Below, in pieces: positions 45,524 through 52,552 of a stretch of 54,649 nt of DNA. The translations under genes were made by a program, and so were the position numbers. The notes under the pieces are model-generated. The model was not told where the DNA came from. It saw nothing but the letters and a program-made list of their open reading frames with translations, and searched no databases. Numbering within the stretch: the first letter of the stretch is position 1; every line of letters starts with the position of its first letter. The DNA is from a virus (lineage: Duplodnaviria; Caudoviricetes), in the IMG/VR virus record IMGVR_UViG_3300012890_000076, positions 1 to 54,649 of that record. One strand, given 5' to 3'.

Positions 45524-46173
45524 TGTTCGGCCGCCGGGTAGCGGACGGTGATCTTCGCCTGGATGGCGCGGTCGAGGCGGGCTTGAGCCGGGCGCCCGGC
45601 GTCGCCGACGATGATTTCCAGGCGATGCCGCATGTCGGCCTGCCATGCCTTGACGTCGACCAACGCCTTTCGAGCGTCACCGGCCTTGGCCCGGAGGCTC
45701 AGGATCGACGCGTGGATGACGTCCCACTCGTCCATCACGCGACTTGCCGGGGCGTTCAGACCCACGACCATGGGGACTAGCGCGGCACGAACCGCGTCGA
45801 GGCCGGCGAGGACCTCCTCCACCTTGCCGGTTCGGGCCGGTGCGTAGAGGCCGCCGATGTCACGGACGAGCCCAGCAAGAACCGCCAGGTCGGCATCTGG
45901 GATGCGCTGCCGGGGGGCGGACACACGGTCCGCCGCAGCCTCGACGCCGAGGGCATCCGCGACGAGGTTTCGGAGGAAGGCACCGTCCGTGACGCCGGCG
46001 CGCTTCGCCGCTTCCGTCAGGGCCGACCGGAGGGGGCCGGTCAACCGGACGTCCACCTTGCTCGCGAGCTTGCGGTAATCGGGCGCCGCAGGCTGGGGTC
46101 CACGGGGCGGAGCCCCTGGCAGCGAGACCCCCTGCAAGGGGGGCGATTGGAGGTCGGCGTGTCCGACCGCCAT
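45520..46173 (-). CDS. MobC-like ribbon-helix-helix relaxosome accessory protein (start uncertain)
   Basis: VDVRLT...LTEAAKRAGVTDGAFLRNLV RHH; ATGA-coupled to the relaxase. Confidence 0.7.
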   Translation of the reverse strand: MAVGHADLQSPPLQGVSLPGAPPRGPQPAAPDYRKLASKVDVRLTGPLRSALTEAAKRAGVTDGAFLRNLVADALGVEAAADRVSAPRQRIPDADLAVLAGLVRDIGGLYAPARTGKVEEVLAGLDAVRAALVPMVVGLNAPASRVMDEWDVIHASILSLRAKAGDARKALVDVKAWQADMRHRLEIIVGDAGRPAQARLDRAIQAKITVRYPAAEQ

Positions 46174-46258
46174 GGCTGGCTTACACTCCATTTCACTACT
46201 CCTGATGCATGAGATGTCGGACGACGACTGTCGGACGGCCGTTTGGACCCTGCTGCCG

Positions 46259-47020
46259 CTACTTCGGCCCCGGGGGCGAGTAGGTCTCGACGTCACCGTC
46301 CTTGGCCTCGGCGGTGGTGCTGGTGACGGGGGTCGTGACTGACGAATCGGTCGCCGCGTTCGTCGCGGTCTCGGTGCCGGTGCTGGCCTTCCCGCCGGTC
46401 CTACGAGCGAGCCTCTCGATCCTCTCACGGGCGAGCTTGGCGAGGCCGGCGACGACCTCGGCGGGCATCTCAAGGGCGGGCGGGACAGGCTCCCCGTGGC
46501 GCTTGGCCTCCGTCCTGGCCTTTGTCACGGCGATGTCACCCTTCTCCCAACTGTCGAGGTCCGTCGTGGTCCTGGACAGGAGTTCGGTGCGAAGGGCAGC
46601 TAGGCGCACCGGCGTCATGCCGTCTCCGACGAGCGGCAGGCTGACGCCGGCGTAGCGGCACGCCCGCATGTACTCAGCCGTCGGGCCACCAACGATGGCC
46701 TCAGCCGCGGTGACGCTCCGGGGGTCTATGTGCAGCCCGCTCGACCGGTTGTGCGCCCGGCCAATCAGACGGACGGCGTCTGCGAAACGGACGTCCTCGG
46801 CGGCCGACTGCTGCTCGGCGATGACCGCCGCGTTGCGCGCGTCCCGGGCGGCCTGTTCCTGAAGGAACGCCGCGGCGCGCTCGGGCGAGACACCCGGGTC
46901 GCGGACCGTCGGACGGCGTCCGACAGGCTTGTCCGACCGGCGGGACGGGGGACGGGCCGGCGGCGCGGCCGGCGCGGGGGAGGCGATGAGACCGAAGAAG
47001 GAGAGGATGATCCTGAGCAT
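46259..47020 (-). CDS. Hypothetical protein upstream of the mob genes
   Basis: MLRIILSFFGLI start; low-complexity C-terminal tail. Confidence 0.6.
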   Translation of the reverse strand: MLRIILSFFGLIASPAPAAPPARPPSRRSDKPVGRRPTVRDPGVSPERAAAFLQEQAARDARNAAVIAEQQSAAEDVRFADAVRLIGRAHNRSSGLHIDPRSVTAAEAIVGGPTAEYMRACRYAGVSLPLVGDGMTPVRLAALRTELLSRTTTDLDSWEKGDIAVTKARTEAKRHGEPVPPALEMPAEVVAGLAKLARERIERLARRTGGKASTGTETATNAATDSSVTTPVTSTTAEAKDGDVETYSPPGPK

Positions 47021-47123
47021 GGTGGGCAATCCCTGAATGTCCGACATCCATGGATTGTCCGCGCCGGATTGCTCGTCGCCAGTCGAAACGGCGCGGACCC
47101 GAATCTTTTGTGCCGTCGGCCTC

Positions 47124-47172
47124 TGTGCGCCCACCGTCGGCCTCGCATGGACGCACGTCGGGCGCACGTCGG
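47124..47172 (-). repeat. Expanded motif C copy
   Basis: GTGCGCCCACCGTCGG...GCACGTCGGGCGCACGTCGG. Confidence 0.8.
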
Positions 47173-47183
47173 TACCTGGCGAT

Positions 47184-47198
47184 GAACGGATTATGAAC
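47184..47198 (+). promoter_or_regulatory. Alphaproteobacterial LexA box GAAC-N7-GAAC
   Basis: GAACGGATTATGAAC with AT-rich spacer in a divergent intergenic region. Confidence 0.6.
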
Positions 47199-47317
47199 AA
47201 AATCGCCCCGAGGCCCGCTCGGACCCCGAACCGGGGTTCATCCGGGGGTGTTTCCGGGCCGGCCGAAACGAATCGGTCGAGGGCACGGGGCGCCACTGGT
47301 GACGTGCAACGGCGGGG

Positions 47318-47668
47318 ATGACGATCAAGGCTCCATCTCTCGGGAGCCCGCCAATGATCACGGCCACGGATACGACGACGCACGAGGACGGCAGTCAGAC
47401 GGTGAAGGTGCGGACCACGCGCCCGGCCGGTGTCAGGCCGTTCTACTTCGACCGCTGTGCGCCGACCTATCCTTTCGGCACTGACACCCGCGTCACGGCC
47501 GGCGTGGTCTACGCGACCGACGAAGCGGCCGCCCGTGAACAGTTCCGGTCCGTGTTCGGAAAGGAGATCGCGGAGGTCGACAAGCGGTACCGCTTCCTCG
47601 ATCTCGCGACGGTCACCGACCGGCCGCATGGGAACGTCGCCGTCGTGACCGTGAGGGATCGGGCATGA
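47318..47668 (+). CDS. Hypothetical protein
   Basis: First gene of an ATGA-coupled three-gene operon. Confidence 0.6.
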   Translation: MTIKAPSLGSPPMITATDTTTHEDGSQTVKVRTTRPAGVRPFYFDRCAPTYPFGTDTRVTAGVVYATDEAAAREQFRSVFGKEIAEVDKRYRFLDLATVTDRPHGNVAVVTVRDRA

Positions 47669-48072
47669 CCGAATCCGACATTGACGCCCTCGCGAGCCAG
47701 GTGGCGGCCCTCACCCCGGAGGAGACGCAGGCCCTGGAGCGGACCGTCGCGGGCCTGCGCGCCGAGCGTGCCCGGGTCGAGGAGGAGCGCATCGCCTGGC
47801 TGCGGGCGTTGACCGACGAGGAGGCCGTCGACCATGCGCTCGTGAAGGCCTCCGGGGACGAGGTCCAACTGGACGAGACTGAGGTGCTCGCCACGCTGAA
47901 GGACGCCGGCTTCGTCCGGGGCGTGACGCTGGAGGGGGCCTATCGCGCCGGTTACGTGCGCGGGGGCTACGACGCCTCCAGGGGATCCCGCGACATCTCG
48001 GAGGAGGATGACGACGATTACCTGATGCTCCGCCATCGCGACCTCACCCTCCTCGCGAGGAAGTCGCCATGA
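47665..48072 (+). CDS. Acidic hypothetical protein
   Basis: ATGA coupling on both sides. Confidence 0.65.
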   Translation: MTESDIDALASQVAALTPEETQALERTVAGLRAERARVEEERIAWLRALTDEEAVDHALVKASGDEVQLDETEVLATLKDAGFVRGVTLEGAYRAGYVRGGYDASRGSRDISEEDDDDYLMLRHRDLTLLARKSP

Positions 48073-48296
48073 GCCGGGACAACCCGACCCGCGCGCAGGC
48101 CGTCCGTGAGGCCCTCGCCGAGGCCGCCCGCGAGGGGCACCAGGTCGCCCCCGCGGTGGTGGAGATCATGGGCCGGTACGTGCGCGAGGAGCTCACGGCC
48201 GAACGGATGGTAGCCGAGGTCCTGAGCCTGGACCCGGCCCTGGCGGCGGCAAAGGAGGCTAGTTGCTTGCGTTCAACGTCCCGGTCGGCACTCTGA
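48069..48296 (+). CDS. VbhA/FicA-like antitoxin
   Basis: RAQAVREALAEAAREG...RYVREELTAE matches the VbhA family pattern. Confidence 0.7.
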   Translation: MSRDNPTRAQAVREALAEAAREGHQVAPAVVEIMGRYVREELTAERMVAEVLSLDPALAAAKEASCLRSTSRSAL

Positions 48297-48306
48297 GTTG
48301 GAAGGA

Positions 48307-48762
48307 TTAGCGGTAGTAGCCGTACAGCGCCAACGTCCGCATACACTTTGGCGCCAATGCGTCAGCGGTGGAGTCCAGCATTGCCATAAGGCCTATCGTT
48401 CCATCGGAGCCGGCATCACCCTTCGCAAACAGCTTGAAGTCCTCATCCTTGCTCTCAGCACACTCCTTGCCTGAGAAAACAAACTTACCGTCCGACAACT
48501 CATAGCCGTCAGCCTCCACAACTTGTTGGATCCAGTCGCCCCTCCAAGTTGCACGCACGCCACGAGCCTTCAGATCAACGCGCCGATGGGCCCTTTTGGT
48601 ACAGAACTTATCGACAATCGACTGCATCGAGGCAGTCTGACCGCGCATCTCGGAGACCATGCAGGTTTCGTAATCCTGCTTGAAGACTGGACCTAGCAGG
48701 AATGCTGAAGCCGCTACGCCGGCGGCTGCGCCAAAGCCAAGCGTCAGCCACAAACCACGCAT
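48307..48762 (-). CDS. Lower-GC membrane-anchored hypothetical protein (moron)
   Basis: N-terminal TM, four Cys, AGGAGG RBS. Confidence 0.7.
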   Translation of the reverse strand: MRGLWLTLGFGAAAGVAASAFLLGPVFKQDYETCMVSEMRGQTASMQSIVDKFCTKRAHRRVDLKARGVRATWRGDWIQQVVEADGYELSDGKFVFSGKECAESKDEDFKLFAKGDAGSDGTIGLMAMLDSTADALAPKCMRTLALYGYYR

Positions 48763-48817
48763 CGAAACCTCCTTCGGTTCTTACGGAGAGGCTGGAGTTC
48801 AGCGACAGACCTGAGTG

Positions 48818-49084
48818 TTAGGACGCATCATAGGTGCGCCCGCGTATATCGAAACGACCCCGGTCGTTTTTACGGAATGGTGTCAGTGGGTCTCGATCAA
48901 TCGACCGGCTTAGCGAGGCATGGAGCGTTTTCTCCGGCGTCTGGCCTTCCGACTTCAAGAGATCGAGACGCCTCGCCCACCGAATGATTTCGCCGCAGGT
49001 CATGGGCTTGCGTGATTTTTCGAGCACGATGATCGCGAGGTCGTTGAAGCTGGATTTACGGACACGATACTTTTTCGAGACCAT
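48818..49084 (-). CDS. Stand-alone HARE-HTH (HB1/ASXL/restriction-endonuclease winged HTH) protein
   Basis: AIIVLEKSRKPMTCGEI...GQTPEKTLHASLSRSI...F...RGRF. Confidence 0.75.
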   Translation of the reverse strand: MVSKKYRVRKSSFNDLAIIVLEKSRKPMTCGEIIRWARRLDLLKSEGQTPEKTLHASLSRSIDRDPLTPFRKNDRGRFDIRGRTYDAS

Positions 49085-49178
49085 CGATCGACATCCGATC
49101 CGGTGCAGGGCAGCGTCAGCTTACCCCGAATCAGTCGAGCGGCGAACGGGTGGCCGCACAGGTTCACACAGCCCGTTC

Positions 49179-49919
49179 ATGACCCAGCCGATAGATCCAA
49201 AGATCCAAATCCTGGCCGAGAAGGTCATCGCTCAAGGTGCCAATAAGCGAGCCATCGCCGTCTTGAAGGTGCTGCTCGACAAGGGTTCAATATCTACGGA
49301 CGACATACAGGCATTAGGCTACAACCACCCTCCACGCGCCATCGGCGACGTACGGGATGCTGGAATCCCGATTATTACAGGGTCCAGCACGTCTACCACC
49401 GGGAAGCGGATGGCGGTCTACATGTTTGGCCAACCTGCCGATATCCAGGAAGGGCGCGTTGGCGGCCGGTCGGCGTTTCCGAAAGCCTTTAAGCAAGCGT
49501 TGTTGAAGGCGTACGGATCTCAGGATCGCATTACCGGAGCGACACTCGATGAGCGCGTGCTGACTATCGACCACCGGGTGCCGTACCGCATCGCCGGGGA
49601 CGCCGGTCTTTCGGACCATGACGTGAAGGCGTACATGCTCCTTGACGCATCGAGCCAACGGGCGAAGTCCTGGTCATGCGAGAACTGCCCCAACATGGCA
49701 CCATCGCAACGCAAGGCCGCGGTTTGCGCAACCTGCTACTGGGCGTTCCCCGAGGTCTACGAACACATCGCGACCCAGCATGTGCGACGCACCGACATCG
49801 CTTGGCAAGGTGAAGACGTGGCTGTCTATGAGGCGGTCAAGGAGAAGGCGGCTGCCCGCCGGATGAGTGTAGGCGACCTTCTGAAGGTAGCGGCACGTCA
49901 GATCGCCAAGAGCTCTTGA
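49179..49919 (+). CDS. HNH Type II restriction endonuclease, SphI-like
   Basis: LGYNHPPRA, IDHRVPY, RAKSWSCENCPN, CATCYWAFPE; resembles my recollection of R.SphI (not searched). Confidence 0.8.
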   Translation: MTQPIDPKIQILAEKVIAQGANKRAIAVLKVLLDKGSISTDDIQALGYNHPPRAIGDVRDAGIPIITGSSTSTTGKRMAVYMFGQPADIQEGRVGGRSAFPKAFKQALLKAYGSQDRITGATLDERVLTIDHRVPYRIAGDAGLSDHDVKAYMLLDASSQRAKSWSCENCPNMAPSQRKAAVCATCYWAFPEVYEHIATQHVRRTDIAWQGEDVAVYEAVKEKAAARRMSVGDLLKVAARQIAKSS

Positions 49920-50806
49920 ATCGGACGCTCGCGACGGATGATACCTTCGCGGACGTTGCCGATCCCAGGTGACAAGTAAAGGCTCTCGACCGTCACTTCC
50001 GACCTACCCACCAGCGTGGCTTGGCTTGAGACACCTGCGTGCAGAAGCAGCCGCGCCAGCCCGAGTTCCGTCGGGAGCGGGGGCCCATAGGTCTTCTCGC
50101 CTGTCATCCCATCATAGGACAGTGCGAAGCGGAGACTACGAAGCCGATAATCATGTAGGCCTTCGACCAAACGCTCTGGGTTGAGCCCCTCAGCGTAGCG
50201 CTTGTCTCTGCCGAGCGTCGTCCCTGCATAGGGGGGATCCATATAGACAAAGTCGCCAGGTGCGGCGTCGGCCGTCGTAGCCAACCAATCGCCAGGCCTG
50301 ATCTCGATCCTTCCCTTCAAGAGCGCGGATGACCCGATGATGGCGGCCGCCATCTTCTCGGGCCGCATCCCCAGACGACGTTTGTCGACCGACTGGGTCA
50401 TCTTGCCGTGCCTGTTAAAACGAACGGCGTTCTTCACGCACCGGGCCACCAGGTAGAGGAGGTCCACTGGGTCCTGTTCGGTGTTGTACCGCTCTCGAAC
50501 ACGATTGAAGTAGCCAAGGTCGTTTGGCACCTCAATCTGACCTTCCCAAACGCTACGATACTGGGCAGCGGTCTCACGGGGATGGTCGACAATAGCCTTC
50601 CACAGCTCGCATATCGGCACCAGAATGTCGCCGATGACGAAGCGCTTGGCGACGTTGTTGTGTGCAGCCCACAGGGTCATAGCGGCAGACCCAGCGAAAG
50701 GCTCGTACCAAGTTTCGATGCCTGACCTGGGCACGTGCTCGCCGATCAATGGGGCGAGGCTGCGCTTGGAACCTTGGTAAGGGATTGGGTGCGGTAGCCT
50801 GATCAT
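49898..50806 (-). CDS. Cognate D12-class N6-adenine methyltransferase
   Basis: PYQGSKR, EPFAGSAA, YMDPPY; convergent with the REase and overlapping it by 22 bp. Confidence 0.92.
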   Translation of the reverse strand: MIRLPHPIPYQGSKRSLAPLIGEHVPRSGIETWYEPFAGSAAMTLWAAHNNVAKRFVIGDILVPICELWKAIVDHPRETAAQYRSVWEGQIEVPNDLGYFNRVRERYNTEQDPVDLLYLVARCVKNAVRFNRHGKMTQSVDKRRLGMRPEKMAAAIIGSSALLKGRIEIRPGDWLATTADAAPGDFVYMDPPYAGTTLGRDKRYAEGLNPERLVEGLHDYRLRSLRFALSYDGMTGEKTYGPPLPTELGLARLLLHAGVSSQATLVGRSEVTVESLYLSPGIGNVREGIIRRERPIQELLAI

Positions 50807-50998
50807 GAGCCCAACCCTATGCACTAAAGGGGGCGCCCAGGAGACCCCAAATCATACTGTCCCGCATTCGTTAACGACATGGTTACCGTGGCAGCTTGCG
50901 TGAGAATGAGCGGACCGGTTGGCTTGACACGACGCCGCGAAGCGCCAGAGAAGGTGGAACGTCAGAGGCTTGCGGATGGCCGCGTCATAGGATGGTGA

Positions 50999-51211
50999 AT
51001 GCATCCACACTCCAGAGAACAGCCTGAGCGGGATCGGCGATGCACGTTCCTCGGCCGCGGCTTCGCCTTGATCCGCGGAGACAGAATCGCACTCAAGGTC
51101 TGCCCAGAGTGCTCCCAGTGGAATGACCGCAAAGCAGCTGAGACGGGCACTTGCCACTGGTGCTGTTACGAACCATTGCTGGCCGACGTGCAGCATGAGC
51201 CGCAGACCTGA
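50999..51211 (+). CDS. Small zinc-finger-like protein
   Basis: CPEC...CHWC. Confidence 0.55.
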   Translation: MHPHSREQPERDRRCTFLGRGFALIRGDRIALKVCPECSQWNDRKAAETGTCHWCCYEPLLADVQHEPQT

Positions 51212-51330
51212 AACTTTGAAACTATCTGGATGCAGCGCGAGCAGGCGCGGGACGCCAATCTATCTTCTGGCACAGCCCACCCTGGCCTTGGACTATCTCG
51301 CACCCATATTCCTCGCTTCAACAGTGAGGA

Positions 51331-51540
51331 ATGCCCATGATCATCAAGTCCGCCATATACAGCCCCCCGTCAGCTGAACTCCCATTCCTCGCAGTGGCCG
51401 TTGACGGCAAGGGCGAGGTCATCGTCGCGAAGGCGGTGAAAAGCATCGTCGAAGGCGAGCAAGTCCTACGAGAAACAGCGCGGGAGCTGGCAGAGATCTA
51501 CAAGGATCGGGGGGCAACCGCCTGGGAGCAACCAATCTAA
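51331..51540 (+). CDS. Hypothetical protein
   Basis: GAGGA RBS; 69 aa. Confidence 0.55.
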   Translation: MPMIIKSAIYSPPSAELPFLAVAVDGKGEVIVAKAVKSIVEGEQVLRETARELAEIYKDRGATAWEQPI

Positions 51541-51654
51541 CGACCAGCGCGGTCGTTAGTTTGATCAGGACAGTCCGGGAATCATAGAGCCTTGCTGCCG
51601 GCTCGCGATGCGGCCGATGGAGTTCTGCTCCCGACGCATCGAGGTAACTGAGCC

Positions 51655-51987
51655 ATGAAGATCTGGAACGTGGACGGGTACAAGCTGCGCGACCTCGTGG
51701 CTCGCGCCTTCGCGACAACCGATGCCATCGTCGCGAGCGGACAACCCCCCTCGGCGGCGATGGCGGACATCTTCAGGAAGGTCGATTTGGTTTGGGGCGT
51801 CTGGCCCCAAGTGATTTCGCCTTCAGGGGGTCGCGTCGCAATCCTCAAAGGTGAGGGCAGACTCCTGCTTATAGCGCAATCGAAAAATGCCAAGGCTGTT
51901 CGAGAAGCGGTGTTTCGGTTCCGTGATGAGACGGAAGCCGAGACCGCTTGCCAGATCTACGGCGACGACCGATCTCAGGCCGCGTGA
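51655..51987 (+). CDS. Hypothetical protein
   Basis: GAGG RBS; 110 aa. Confidence 0.55.
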   Translation: MKIWNVDGYKLRDLVARAFATTDAIVASGQPPSAAMADIFRKVDLVWGVWPQVISPSGGRVAILKGEGRLLLIAQSKNAKAVREAVFRFRDETEAETACQIYGDDRSQAA

Positions 51988-52003
51988 CCTCGCACGGGCC
52001 ACG
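51983..52003 (+). promoter_or_regulatory. Motif A copy (1 mismatch) pointing toward attR
   Basis: CGTGACCTCGCACGGGCCACG. Confidence 0.65.
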
Positions 52004-52154
52004 GGGGCCGTGCGAACAAACGGTGTCCCGACCAAAGGACGACCAAAGAATGGCCGTGAATTGAGGTGGACGAGAGTGGATAGCGGGGAAACGGGCGTAC
52101 CCGTTTCCCTAGGGGAACAGAGGGAAACGGGCATAGAAGCGCGGTTCGGTCCCC

Positions 52155-52201
52155 CGTTCGGGACGTGGGGGTCGCAGGTTCAAATCCTGCCACTCCGACC
52201 A
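52155..52201 (+). other. attR core: 3' half of tRNA-Pro(CGG)
   Basis: CG-TTCGGGA-CGTGG anticodon loop, GCAGGTTCAAATCCTGC T-arm, CACTCCG-A-CCA acceptor end; no D-arm upstream. Confidence 0.88.
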
Positions 52202-52552
52202 GCACCACCAAGACCCGGTCTTTTCCCGAGATCACTCAAATTTCGAGAACTTGTTCGCGCGCGCGGGACACCCGGGCCGAAGCGCTCCACTGCATGCCCA
52301 GCGACGTAGAGAGTTCAGGCGGTCGCCGGTCCTCACCCTGCAAAGGTTCGATTCTCGGGTCGACGGAAACACCGCGCGCGTGTCCGGTTGGACTGGCTCG
52401 ATCGCGCGCCGGGCCGGATGGGAATCATCAGCCGGACTCCGGCATCGCGCATACGGAAGATTCAGCTCTCCCTCGCATCCTTGGTGAGATCGGTCCTCGG
52501 CATTCTCACGATGCCCAGGCGAGCGTGATCGGCGAAGGGTGATCGGACAAGC

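Larger units (their letters stand above)
1..52201. mobile_element. Prophage (lambda-like siphovirus head/tail, plasmid-type Rep and mob module) integrated at tRNA-Pro(CGG); attL presumably just left of the window
   Basis: Integrase at left end, complete terminase-portal-protease-capsid-tail gene set, lysis genes, 3' tRNA fragment at right end followed by a host-type gene. Confidence 0.93.

Noticed and set aside
52100-52201. Intact tRNA-Pro gene
   Set aside because: Only the anticodon loop, T-arm and 3' acceptor strand are present; no 5' acceptor strand or D-arm, so it is an att duplication
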